Shown here: positions 52,031 to 63,985 of the stretch, piece by piece
Position numbering within the stretch: position 1 is the first letter of the stretch
How the letters are laid out: each line of letters begins with the position of its first letter
Source of the DNA: Lama glama
Lineage: Eukaryota
Length of the DNA: 64,000 nt
NCBI GenBank assembly: GCA_028534125.1
Contig: CM052817.1
Coordinates: 32,552,001-32,616,000 of the forward strand
Reading direction: 5' to 3'
The notes under the pieces: generated by a model
What the model saw: the letters and a program-made list of their open reading frames with translations, nothing else
Told to the model about the DNA's origin: nothing
Databases searched by the model: none
Program-made: the position numbers and the translations under genes

Positions 52031-52236
52031 GTGTTTTTTTTTTAATTGAAGTATAATTGGTTTACAATGTCGTGTTACTTTCTGGTGTACAACATAGTGA
52101 TTCAGTTTTACATACACACACACACATATATATATTCCTATTCATATTGTCTTTCATTATAGGCTATTGCAAGTTATTGAATATAGTTCCCTGTGCTATA
52201 CAGTAAGACCTTGTTGTTCATCTATTTATATAGAGA
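52031..52236 (-). mobile_element. Short L1 3' end
   Basis: T tail, attgaagtataattggtttacaatgt...gttccctgtgctatacagta; TSD gagcttcctg at 52021-52030 and 52237-52246. Confidence 0.93.
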
Positions 52237-53077
52237 GAGCTTCCTGTTTCAAAATAACCTACTTTTAACTCCACCTCTTTTCCTCAGATAAAGTCCAGAA
52301 GGACACATGACACTCACATTGTTATTATTCTTAAACAGTGTGGACACGGTCAGGTCAAGGCCAATGGAGTCTGATGGAGGAGGCTGTCCTGCTTTCTCCC
52401 AGAGGGACCTCGCACTCCCTGACCCAGGAGGGTCCCATCCCAATCAGCAAGTCTGCTGAGCACAAACACAATGGAAACACCAGGGATGATTTTCACAGAG
52501 CCGCCCGCCCTTTCTTTTCTAGGGGCTAGTGGGAGAGGCAGCTGCCATCAGAGTGGGTTAACTGAGGACCAACAGAACACCTCCAGCAGATTGCTCTTTC
52601 CTGACAACAGCAGCCGAAAATGCAAAATCGCTTTCAGGATTTCCAGACACTTTTACATGCTTGGGAAAAGAGAGCAGTTTCAGATTCAGCATCAAGATGG
52701 AGAACACAAAAGGCCACCCTGGACACCAGCAGAGAGGGGTTAAAAGGCCTTGGAACCCCTCCTTCCCTGGTGGAGAAAAGGGTGCACACCAGTGTCCGTT
52801 CATGGGTGCAGGTGGTTTGTACTCTGCCCTCCTCTGCAGCCTTTGATACGTGTTCTGTTATTGTTGCCTGGCACGGAAGTACAGGGCCAACCTCTGTGCA
52901 CACCCCTAGCCGCCTCCCCAGGGGCTGCTGCTTTTCTGTCATCCTGGCAGTGACCTCTGATGTTGAGGATTTCTTACCAAACCATGAGCAGAGCTGCAGG
53001 CCAACCTTGACCCAACCTCATCCTAACTGCATTGAAGTAAAACAAGCATCTGCCCTCAAAGGAGCCTGAGTCTTATT

Positions 53078-53222
53078 AAATATATTCAATTTCTTGTAAT
53101 AGCATATGATGGAAAAGAATCTGAAAAGAAAATATATAGATGTATGTATGAATTGCTTTGCTGTACGCCAGAAACTAACACTGCAAATCAACTACACTTC
53201 AATAAAATATAAAATAAAAAAA
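53078..53222 (+). mobile_element. Short L1 3' end
   Basis: tatattcaatttcttgtaat...aaatcaactacacttcaataaaa. Confidence 0.88.
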
Positions 53223-53339
53223 GAAGTCTTGAAATCTAGAAGTTGTAACAGTGTGAGATGAATGGGTCACCATTTATCAGGGTGACACTTATCAGAGACT
53301 TCAGAGCACTTACCTCACCCCCTGAAGTTATCTTCGCCA

Positions 53340-53495
53340 TTAGTTTATTGACTCTCCATCTCCTCCCACTGGAATGTATGTTCCATCAGAGCAGGGCTTT
53401 TACTCTTTTGGTTCATGGCTGCTTCTCCACCCCCTAAAATAGTTCCTGGCATGTGGTAGATGCTCAGTCGTTGTTTGTCAGATACACGAATAAAC
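53340..53495 (+). mobile_element. L2a 3' end
   Basis: cccactggaatgtatgttccatcagagcaggg...cctggcatgtggtagatgctcag. Confidence 0.85.
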
Positions 53496-53874
53496 AAAAC
53501 AAAATGAAGGTGGCTTTTGGCTTCACACCATTCCTGGTGCTTAGGAGTCATTCATTTTGGAAATTACCGAAGAAAACTTTTCCCTTTCAGACAAAAGGGT
53601 CATTGAGAAAGGGATAGCCATCTGGGGTTGAGTGGAAAACTTTCTCTTAAAATGTAAAGTTACAATCCAGGGTCAGCAGAGCTTGACTTCTGGTGTCTCC
53701 AACATTCTCCCAGCTTGCATGCACACTCTTCTCAAAGTCCTTCTGTCTGCTCTCCCATCTCAAATTTATACCCGTAGTTTCAGAATTTTGTTGTGGTGGC
53801 ATCCCCAGTATCTGGATTTGTTATCAACAACTGAGCAAAATATTACCTCTTAGTTTAATTTGACTTTAAAATAT

Positions 53875-54991
53875 TGTGATACAATGGAAAATATGTATTC
53901 GGTCTTTATCCCCAGTTCCTGGTACACGGCTCCTAAAACCCTTGGAATTTCCAGAATGACAAGAGTGTCTTTTCTATGCTAATGAGATGACTGGTGGCTG
54001 AAGACCTTTAGAGGCTTCCAGATGGGGGCTGGTCAGCAGAAAGATCAAGGCATGTTTAGAGGGTTGGAAATTTCAGACACCCCATCCCCACGCCCCTAAT
54101 CACTTCTCAGCCCCACCTAGGCCTCTGGGAAAGGGAGAGGGGCTGGAGGTTGAGTTCACTGATGGCCAATGATAGGATTAAGCATGCCTATGTAATGGAA
54201 CTTCTGTTTTAAAAAACCCTAGACAACAAGGTTCAGAGAGCTTCTGGCTTGGAACCTAAATGTCCATTGAAAGATGACTGGATAAAGAAGCTGTGGTATT
54301 ATTATACAATGGAATACTATTCAGCCATAAAAAAGAATGAAACAATGCCATTTGCAGCAACATGGATGGACCTAGAGATTATCATGCTAAGTGAAGTTAA
54401 GAAATCAGACAGAGAAAGAAAGATATCATATGATATCAATTATGTGTGGAGTCTAAAAAAATGACACAAATAAACTTATTTACAAAACAGACTCACAGAT
54501 ATGGAAAGCAAATTTGTGGTTACCAAAGGGGGAAGGGAGTAGGGAGGGATAAATTAGGAATTTGGGATTAACAGATACACATATTATATATAAAACAGAT
54601 AAACAACAAGGACCTACTATATAGCACAGGGAACTATATTCAATTTCTTGTAATAACGTATAATGATAAAGAATCTGAAAAATAATATGTATATATATGT
54701 ATAATGGAATCACTTTGTTGTACACTAGAAAGTAACACAACATTGTAAACCAACTATACTTCAATTAAAAAATTTAAAAAATGATTTTAAAAGAAAGCTC
54801 CTGGCTTGGTGAACACACTGGAGTGCTGAGAGGGCTGTGCACCCAGAGGGGTCATGGAAGCTCCAGGCTCCTTCTTCCACACTTTGACCTGCTCACCTCT
54901 TCCATGTGGCTGTTCCTGAGTTGTATCCTTACAATAAACTGGTAAACCTAAGTAAAGTGTTTCCTCAGTATGTGAGCTATTCTAGCAAATT
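53875..54991 (+). mobile_element. MER21-type LTR interrupted by L1
   Basis: ggtctttatccccagttcctgg...ctcctaaaacccttggaattt...tgttcctgagttgtatcctt.caataaactggtaaac. Confidence 0.88.
54253..54791 (+). mobile_element. 5'-truncated L1 inside MER21
   Basis: ORF2 end PKCPLKDDWIKKLWYYYTMEYYSAIKKNE + 3'UTR; 18-bp TSD aga(g/a)agct(t/c)ctggcttgg at 54235-54252 and 54792-54809. Confidence 0.95.
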
Positions 54992-56084
54992 TTATTATCT
55001 CATTGTTTCTGTGAATCAGGAATTTGGGAGCAGCTTAGCTGGATGGTTCTGGATTAGAGTCTTTCTAGGAGGTTGCAGTCAAGATGCCTCAGAAGGCTAC
55101 AGTCCTTGGAAGGCTTGAGTGGGCCAGGAAGATTTGCTTCCGAAATAGCTCCCTCCCACGGCTGCCAAGCTGGTGCTGGCTTTTGGCAGGATGCCTCAGT
55201 TTCTCGCCACTGAGGCCTCTCCTTGGGGGCTGCTCTGGGCCTGATGGCTTCCTCCACAGCAAGTGTCCCAAGAAAGCAAGATGAAAACGGTCATGTGTTT
55301 CATGTCCTAGCCTCACAAGTCACACCCTCTCATTTCCACAAAGTCCTGTTCGTCACCCAGCATTTACAGAAGAGAACTACTCTTACAGCAGGCAGGTAGC
55401 TAGATATGAGCAGAGAAAGGGGGACGCAGGCCAAATGGCAGGAAATGGGCGAAAAGGAGAGGGGCACAGGCCCAGTGCAGGAAACCACACATCATGTAAG
55501 CGCCTGGGCAGAGACAGAAAAGCAGGAACCTCTGGGCTGATAAGTGGTCACACCTTTTGGGGTGATGAGTGGCCTGGAGGCCAACAAAGAAAGGTGGGAA
55601 GAGGCAGGGGTCTCCATTGTTTGAATGTAATCTTTTGCTCATTATGCCCTCATCACAAAAAACTTAGCCTTGCAGATTATAGGTACCCAGCATGCACCGA
55701 CGTCGTGAGACTTCGGATCCAGACTAAATGAGATCAAAAATCCCTCCTCCCTTTAGGAAGGTGGAGTTGGGATGAAAATCAGGGAATATGACCTCAAACT
55801 TTCCTTCCCCAATGAATATTCCATTCATTCATTTTTACTCTCTAGGTAACCAACTTGCCAAAGAAACTCAGGGCGGCTGCTCACCTGAGCCTGCCTGTTC
55901 TCCCCTTGAGAGTGTACTGTCCATCCATTAATAAATCCCCACTTTACTTTCTTAACTTCCAAGTCCCTTCTCTGCACTTTTTCTGCGACAAGACGAGAAC
56001 CTAGTCACCGGCAGCTCTACTGCCCAAGAACAAGAATAATGGCAGGCAAGGCTCTTTGGTGGCCGCCTCCGGGTCTCACACACA
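54992..56084 (-). mobile_element. MLT1F-like MaLR LTR split by an ERV1 LTR
   Basis: tttctgtgaatcaggaatttgggagcagcttagctgg...cctagcctcacaagtcacac; apparent continuation at 56021-56084. Confidence 0.8.
55381..56016 (+). mobile_element. ERV1 solo LTR (MER50/MER41-like)
   Basis: ttacagcaggcaggtagctagatatgagcag start; gagagtgtact, aataaa, ttctgcgacaagacgagaacc end; 4-bp TSD ctac at 55377-55380 and 56017-56020. Confidence 0.75.
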
Positions 56085-57299
56085 GTGTTCAAATGCAGTT
56101 TTCAAATAAGTGGATGAATTATTTAATCAACCCTGAGTCCTCTAGACTCAGTCATTTGGATCTGGTGTTTAGCACGAGAGCTCAGGCTTCTGGCAGCACA
56201 AAACTTTTTATTCGCTTTGCTGTTTTCACTCTGGAGTTGCTCAGACGAGCGATCTGCTTTCATTGTGCCTCAAGTCTTAAAACAGGAGTTGTATAATCAC
56301 CATGAAATTAAATAATTTTAGAGCCATGAAGAATGTTCATTATTAAAATTCTCCTACCAGGCCAGCCCCAGGCAAAACTGTGAAGCGAGGGAAACTTGGC
56401 TTTTCTACCCGAGTTCTGCAAATCTCCGCAACCTTCCCCTACCCCCGTTACCTAACACACACGTACAAGTTCAGTTCAACGGACAGACGTCTATTCTGCA
56501 GGCTTTGCATTTACGTACCTTGAGAAAGCACAGAGAGACCATAATACTGTATAAAGGCACATTTCACTAAATTCAATCAGGCCAGTTTCTCCTCTGGCCT
56601 TGAAACGCATCACTAAATCTCAGTTGAACATCTGGTGAAATTGTTGGCTTACACCTGGGAGTTGAGGTGGATGAAAATCCTTGACATTGAGAGCATTCAT
56701 TGTGAAGGGATAATCAAGGTCAAGGTCTCAGTAAGGGGCAGCAGATTCCCGCACCCCACCTCCGGCTCACCTGGAGAACACGTGCATTGAGTGGAAGTAG
56801 ACAGAGTTCACTTCTCTGTTCTGAGCCAGGCATTGTTCACAACATGTGTTACCTACCAACTTCTTCCTGAGCTCTGTGTGCCAGTACTTCTGGGCTTAGG
56901 GAACAAAAGCTGTTGGTTTTCACTCTCAAATTGTTCAGAATAGGATTACAAAGCTACACATTTTGACAGTAAAGTCAAGATTACCACCCGCCCCTCTCCA
57001 AACTATGAAAAAGATAATGCGCATGACTCTCCAAAAAGCCACATTAAAGGCGAGAACATTCCAGGGACAGTTTCATAAAACATGGGACATGCCAAAAGGA
57101 AGCCTACAGAGAATGACAGCTGGAATTAAACAAGGGGCCAGAGATTAAAGATTCTGAGTGAGCACAGGCAACAACTGGAATGTTTCAAGGCGGGTTTTAA
57201 TGAAAGTGCATGAACATAGTAACTGGCTTACACAACATCAATGGCCTTTCAACAGAGACAATTACATTGGTGTGTGTGATACAGATTAGATGTGAGGAA

Positions 57300-57378
57300 G
57301 CTTGATCTCCAAAATATATAAGCAGCTCATACGACTCAATAAGAAAAAAATAAACAACCCAATCCAAAAATGGGCAGA
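57300..57378 (+). mobile_element. Isolated internal L1 ORF2 fragment
   Basis: Translates LISKIYKQLIRLNKKKINNPIQKWA without interruption; no 3'UTR or poly-A. Confidence 0.88.
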
Positions 57379-57651
57379 TCAAGCCTTTTTACAGTTAGAA
57401 AACAAAAGAGGAACAAAAGCCATTACATGTTGAGACCAACTGGGCAGAGGACCAGAGGGAAGAAAGAGAGGATGTGAGTTGAAGAGGAAAGTCTCTGGAA
57501 ACAGCAACTAAGGGCTGTCTCAAGGGGTGTCTGGGTGGGAGGGGGGTAGCGGAGAGGGATGCCAAACACCCCTGTGGCTTTTTTTTTTCCCCTGATAAAT
57601 TAAAGATCAATAGTATCTGGTCCTGCAAACTTGGGCCAGAATTGCCCCTAG

Positions 57652-57850
57652 AACTCAGTCCAGTAAGGTAGCCGCCAGCCCTGTGTGCTATCTAGAATTA
57701 AACTACAATGAATGGAAATTTAAAAAAAATTAAATTCAGTTTCTCAGTGACCCTAGCCACATTTCACGGGCTCGATAGTCACACGTGACATAACACAGCA
57801 GAGATACTGATGGTTTCTGTCACTCCAGAAAATTCTGTTGGGCAGCACTG
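57652..57850 (-). mobile_element. MER3 (hAT-Charlie)
   Basis: gtccagtaaggtagccgccagcc...ttcagtttctcagtgaccctagccacatttca...aaattctgttgggcagcactg. Confidence 0.85.
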
Positions 57851-57964
57851 CTGTAGAGCTTGACAGGTGGAAAAGCAAACGAGGTTAATAATTCCACCAG
57901 CCTGACCTGCTATTCTCGCATCCCCCTCAAGAGAAGCAGACTCACAGCATGATGTTAGTTTAAG

Positions 57965-58930
57965 CCATTTATTGAACAAATATTCATAAAGGTGCTGGAG
58001 ACACTAAAGTGACTGCAGAGCCTCCAGATGCTCACGTTTCAGTCAGAAGAATAGACATGAAAGAAACTAACTGTATCAAGACAGTAAATATTATAACTGA
58101 GGTGTGTATAAGGCACTGTAACAGACTGGATTTTCTAAAAATGGCCATGGCAGTATTTTCAGTTCCCCATGCCTTTCCACAGCCTATTGCCCCCCTCCCT
58201 CCCTCCAACCTCAGTGGGCTCCTGTCTGCTCTGACGGATTCTGTATGACAGAAGTGATGCTCTGTGATTTCCAAGGTTAGATGGTACGCAGAACACAGCT
58301 TCCTCCTTGCTCCCTCTCCCTCTCTCCCCTCCTCCCCATCTTTGGAGCTCTGAACCATCTAGTAAAAAGCCCAGCCACCTTGAAGTCGCAATACTGGTGA
58401 GACAATGTGGGAAAACAACATGAATATTGAGACAGATGCCCAAGGAGCCCCCTCGCACCACCCACCCTCCCCCGAGGTCTGGCCCTTCCCATCAACCACC
58501 AGCCAAGCGAATAAACAAGGCATCAGATGATCCCAGTCTTGTTTTCAAGCCTTCCAGCTGAGACAGGGACCAGCTGTCCCTGTTGTGCCGTTTTCAAATT
58601 CCAGACCCACTAGACTCCAAGAAGATAATAAATGGTCATTCGCACTACTTAGTTTTAGAGTAGATGGTTACACAGGTACAGTAACCAGAACAGCCACTCC
58701 GGGAGCATGAAATCTTTCACTCTGTTTAGGGAAGTCAAATAAGATTGTCCAGTGCTGCTCTATTTGAGCTCAGTCCTGAAGGAGAATGCACAAGGAATTC
58801 TCTGGGTGAACAGCGGAGGGCTATTCTTCCAGACACAGAAGAGAATGTGCAAAACGCTGAAGCCAGAAAGCAAGGTCCAGCCTGGAAAAAGTGTTAGCAG
58901 TCAGGGACAGCTGGAGTGTGGGACGGTGTG
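57965..58930 (-). mobile_element. L2 3' region interrupted by MLT1
   Basis: catttattgaac...ggtgctggagacac; resumes tatttgagctcagtcctgaagga. Confidence 0.65.
58117..58692 (+). mobile_element. MLT1G/H-like MaLR solo LTR
   Basis: tgtaacagactggattttctaaaaatggcc...aaattccagacccac...gtaaccagaaca; TSD ggcac/gccac. Confidence 0.87.
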
Positions 58931-58944
58931 GTAGAGCTAGGAGT

Positions 58945-59020
58945 TTCATTCATTCATTCATTCATTGTCCTTCATTCATCTAACAAATATATAGTGAGCG
59001 CTCTGTGCCTGGTACTCAGG
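58945..59020 (-). mobile_element. L2 tail with (ATTC)n
   Basis: ttcattcattcattcattcatt...aacaaatatatagtgagcg. Confidence 0.7.
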
Positions 59021-60627
59021 TCACGTGTCAGTTAGGATTGCTTTTGGCTGCAAATCTCCTCTCCAGAAAAAACTGGCTTAAACTCTAAGGACCTATTGTT
59101 TACTTAATGAGAGAATTAGAGGTTGCTAAGGCAGGCAGCATCAAGTTATGCAGTGCAGAGCCATGGAAAGGCATGGAAAGGCATTGAAAGGATGCAGAGA
59201 GCACACTGATTTGTGCAGGACACAACAGGGAGTGGAGGAGAGGGAAAGGAGGGGAAGGAGGATATGATAATTTCCATGTCACATCTTCACAACGGTCACC
59301 CTTACACACACACACACCCTGTCATCCTCCTCCTCCTCCTCATCATATTATTTAATTCAATAAGAATAATGGGACATAGTAGAAAACTCTGGTGCAGTAT
59401 GGGAGATGGATTGGATGGGACTAAGTCAGAAACAGGCAGACTTGGCTTGTCCAAAAAATCCACCTTCGTTTTAAAACAGAAATTGGAAGCCAAATTTGAA
59501 GAACCTACCTCATTATCATAGGATCTACAGAAACATAAAAATTGCCTTCTCCAGAATTCCTTTCAATTTAAATGTTTTATATAACCAGAGAAATAAAGAG
59601 AGAGAGAAAGAGGCAGAAGTAAATTTATTTAGCTTCAAAGAACTTTCCTGTGCTTGCAAAAGAAACAAAGGAACTTGGTAACACAAAGAGTGTCAGCACC
59701 AGAGAGGCTGGCTGTCCACCCCCTCCCGCACAAATAGCTCTCCTCTCCCCAGCGCAGGAGGACGAAACGCAACCCATTTTTCACTGAACTGTCAAACTGC
59801 ATTTTCTCTTCTGCAGTTCAGTCCTGGGCTTGATAGATAGGAAGTGTTGCAACAAGACATGGCTCTAAGATGTTCTAAAATAATAATTAAGCTGCATACA
59901 CAATGGCTCTAGCTGAAAGGGTCTCTAAGCATTTTTCCAGGGATAGAAATATACATGATCCCCCAAAGGCCTCTGAGTGCTGATGTTCAAAGAGCATATT
60001 GAGAGTGTGATCACCCTGGAAGGCTAGACTAAACATAAAAGTAAGCTGGATCATTCTTCTAGGAAAAGTAACTTTTTTGGCAGAAAAATGAATCTAACTG
60101 CTAGGTTTTGCTTTTCTCCCAAATAAGTGTTCAACCAGGAGAGTTAAAGAATCTACAGGGCTGAAAAAGGAAATGCGTGAGTGCTGTGGACTAGAAGGGA
60201 GCGGGTGCAGCTATCTGTTGAGGGTGGAGGTGGAGGATGGTGTGGGGGAAGTTAAATCCCCCTTCAGGATTCTCTTGTCACCGAGGTGCCCCAGCCAGGT
60301 GTAGCCCTGGATGATTCTAGTGCTGCGACAATGGGGACCGACTAAGACAGGCAAGGAAGCATTTACCCAGCTGCACAGGGTTCTTGGTGTGCTGCAGAGG
60401 CCACTGGGGCCAAACTCTGCCACTCTGCCCCTCCTGTGAACTCCCTAGCCGTCCCCTATATTCAAGTCACCCACCTTGAAGGAGCTGCCCATTCCTGGCA
60501 GGGCTGTGGCACAGGTGAGTGACCTGTTTGGCTGAGGAATAAGGAAGACAGGGAAGAGGAATGATGTACAACTGCACCTCCTCCTCCCCACAATCTAACC
60601 CTCCCGCCTTCTCTCACATGTCCATAC

Positions 60628-61000
60628 TGTGATGGTTAATTTTATGTATCAGCTTGGCTAAGCCACAATACTCAAATATTTGGTCAAACATTGTTCCAGA
60701 GGTTTCTGTGGAGGTAGTTTGAGATTAGATTAACATTTAAATCAGTAGACGGCGAGTAAAGTGGATGACCCTCCAAAAGGTGGGTGGGCCTCGTCCAATC
60801 AGGTGAAAGCCTCAATAGAACAAAGACTGATCTCCCTTGTAGAACAGGGAATTCTGCCATCAGACCCACTTTGGACTCAAGTTGCAACTCTTTCCTGAGT
60901 CTCCAGCCTTCCGGCCCACCCTGCAGATTTTGAACTTGTCAGTCTCCACTAATGACTGTTGTATGAACCAATTGTTTACAGCATCTCCATTCTCTCTCTG
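60628..61000 (+). mobile_element. MLT2D-like ERVL LTR
   Basis: tgtgatggttaattttatgtatcagcttggcta...gtgggtgggcctcgtccaatcag...caccctgcagattttgaacttg. Confidence 0.9.
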
Positions 61001-61004
61001 TCCT

Positions 61005-61379
61005 GTCATGCTGAGGGGAAGCAAGCTGCCATATTGTCAGTAGCCCTATGGAGAATCCCACGAGGCAAGGACCTGATATCCCCAGCCACCATCCAGAGAA
61101 TGACACCTGAGAGTGTGATTACCCTAGAAGGCTAGGCTAAACATAAAAGCCAGGGGACAATAGCCATGGGACTTAGCTTGGAAATAAATATTCTGTTGCC
61201 TGCCAACCATGACCTGAGTGAGCTTAGAAGCAGATCCTCTTGCAGCCAAGCCTTCAGCAGACCTTCAGCTAACTGACACCCAAATTCCTGACCCACAGAA
61301 ACTGAAATACTGGGTATTTGTTGTCTTAAGCTGCTACGTTTGAGGGTAATTTGTTACACAGCAATAGATAACTAACACA
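61005..61379 (+). mobile_element. MLT1E/F-like MaLR LTR 3' part with an internal insertion
   Basis: ggggaagcaagctgccatattgt...aattcctgacccacagaaactg...ttgttacacagcaatagataactaacaca. Confidence 0.88.
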
Positions 61380-62059
61380 CTGCCAATGAAAGTACAACCA
61401 CTTGGAGGGCAATTCAGCATTATCTAGTAGGGCAGAAGAGACACATGCCTTCAAACCAGAAATTCTAATCCTGGGTATTGGAGTGAACATTCATTATGCT
61501 TTTTAGCCACCAAATACCCTTTGAATACTGTCCTCCACGTGAAGGATTTCCCACCTTTAGCTCCACCTCCCCTGGGCCAAAGCCAGCTGCCTGATGCTCA
61601 GTCTCTCTTGCTGCCAAAGCACAGGAATACAGCCAGTTCACCATTCAGATGCACCCAGATGAACGAATTATTTAGAAGAGCACAGGGTGGAACTGATTCT
61701 GGCAGGGGGCCACATGACACTGGCCTGTCAGAGGCCTTGGACACAGAGCTCCTCATGATATCGGTGATGCCTGGTACCACCGTGAGAACCGCAGGGCCCC
61801 TGCCAGAGGCCCAACGGCCGCTCTCCCCCGGGCCAATCTGACAGCGTCAGTGTGTCTATTTCCTCACTACAAGCTTCATATCTGCTTCACTGCCCCTTCT
61901 GGAGATTCTGTTTGAGTCAGAATGCCCTAATAGATCTTTTGCCTGTAACAGCTAGAGCAAAGAATATTTCTTGCTACTAGGAATCCCAAAGAAATCCAAG
62001 GAAGGGTTGGGTTGAAGTCCTCAGTTCCTCACTGGCTGGTCATCAGAGGCTTCTCTGAA

Positions 62060-62227
62060 TGTCTTAGCTGATGTGAGTTACTATAACAAAACATCACAGA
62101 CAGGGGAGCTTAAACAACAGACATTTATTTCTCTCAGTTCTGGAGGCTGGGAAGTTCAAGATCAAGGTAGCAGAAGATTCAACGTCTGGTGAAAACCTTC
62201 TTCCTGGGGTACGGAGGGTCTCCTTCT
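62060..62227 (-). mobile_element. MLT1A/B/C LTR fragment
   Basis: ctataacaaaacatcacagac...cttaaacaacagacatttatttctctcagttctggaggctgggaag. Confidence 0.88.
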
Positions 62228-62309
62228 ATTTTACCCCAGTAGCTGGCACAGAGTAAACACTTAATGTTGGCTCTTACCAATGATGATGACAATGGTGAAG
62301 TCAAAAGGA

Positions 62310-62483
62310 GAGGATTGTTATTTTACCTCCACATTTTAGATTTTAAAAGCGTGGACCAGAATGGTTAAATAACTCAAGTTATGCAGCAGGCAAATGGTAC
62401 ACCAAGACTCAGAGCGGAGTGAGATCCCCAGACCCAAGCTTTTCACAGGAACTCTTCCCCCAACTCTACGCCATCTCGCCTCT
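62310..62483 (-). mobile_element. MIR fragment
   Basis: ccacattttagat...cagaatggttaaataact...ctacgccatctcgcctct. Confidence 0.55.
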
Positions 62484-63519
62484 GAGTGTTGCCCATGTTA
62501 CCTTCTCACTTGGAATGGCCTTCTTCTCTGGACCACTCATTCTTTAACACTTATTTTATTTTTTTTATGTAATTGCAACTTATACATATTTTTATTTGTC
62601 ACTCTGTATTTTAATTTTCTGTTTTTCCTCCCTTGAGAGTAATCATCTTGAAAGCGGGGTCAAGTCATAATCTTCTTACAAATATCTAAGAGGCTAAATA
62701 ACATCTGACATTTTTTAGGTGGCTAGTGAATACTGAATTTAATACAAATAAAAATAAGCACTTTTCATGATAAAAATCAATGATAGAGACTCCAAAATTT
62801 TTATGTAAAATAACTTTATAAATCTCTATTTTCTATGAAAAGCTACTTATAAACTCATTTTTTTTTTATTTTTCATCCTTTAACATTTAAATCTCCCTTT
62901 CTCACTGGAGTTTTTTCTAATAGAGGATACTTTAGTCTACCCCTTCTCTGAATTTCTTATAGCTGAGCTGTTGCATCCCTGCCTTGAAAGTCGGCACCGA
63001 ACCATATGTTAACTGCCTGTGAGATGAACAGAGTGTCCCACACCCAGCTGGTGCTCCACCTATGCTCGATTTGTTGTTTGATTGATGGATTCTTGTGTCT
63101 ATAATGGCCAGGTCTGGCTGCTCTCTGTCCTTTGGTCCCTACAGTGGCCCCACCTGTTGAGCGTAACTAGGTTCTTAATTAAAGCAGAATGAAGGCCAGG
63201 CAGTCCTTATCAATCGGTGGGTGGTGTTGGCTGTTAAGCAGTGGTAGATCTGGGTGTCAGGGAGAGGGCAAAGTTAACCCTCTATGAATTTCTGTTTTTA
63301 ATTGGCACTCCAGTTACTAAGCTACATGATCAGGCTACTCACAATTTTTAAAAGATGCCCAATAAACATTCTATTTATCTCCAGCTCCAGGTAAAAAGTG
63401 AAGCATAGTTTTATTTATTGCTTTAGTATATTGGCCAGTAAATGTGCATGGACTATTAGACTTAGAAGAAATTTCCTGGCACCTCCCCCCTGGCCCTGCC
63501 CCCTGCCCCTACCTTGCCC

Positions 63520-63745
63520 TGACTGTATTCTTGTCCTTTGGAGCTTAGCTTAGAAGTAACCTCCTCTATGAAGGCTTCCATAGTCCCCTCCAGCACGTTA
63601 ATTCTACTGCCACACTTCATACTATAGGCACTTGTCTGTAACCTGTCTGTTTCCTTGAGGGCAAAATCTATGGCTTACTCATTATTAAAAGCCTCGGTCC
63701 TGGCAGAATGCTGAGCACACGATAGATAATTGCTGAATGAATTAA
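63520..63745 (+). mobile_element. L2 3' end
   Basis: acctcctctatgaaggcttcc...ttccttgagggca...tgctgaatgaatt. Confidence 0.7.
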
Positions 63746-63799
63746 TCTGGCCCAGTCCTTTACAATGCCTGAATATCATTTTATCATGTTTGTTTTACT

Positions 63800-63985
63800 T
63801 GGTGGGAACAAGGCACTCACCACCTCACAAGACAGCTTGTTCCAGATTTAGAAACTAATAGATATCAGAAAAATAAATCTTCCTTAAAATGGGTTCATAT
63901 TTGCCTTCCTGCAATTATTTCCACCCATTGGCCCCCATTCTGCCTTCCTAAGCTACGCAGATGAGCCCAATGCCTATTCCGTAAA
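63800..63985 (-). mobile_element. L3/CR1 LINE fragment
   Basis: gcactcaccacctcacaagacagc...tcttccttaaaat...ttccacccattggcccccattctgcc resembles antisense L3. Confidence 0.75.

Noticed and set aside
56714..56728. TCAAGGTCAAGGTCT DR0-like nuclear-receptor site
   Set aside because: Single short motif that could arise by 6-bp slippage; no supporting context
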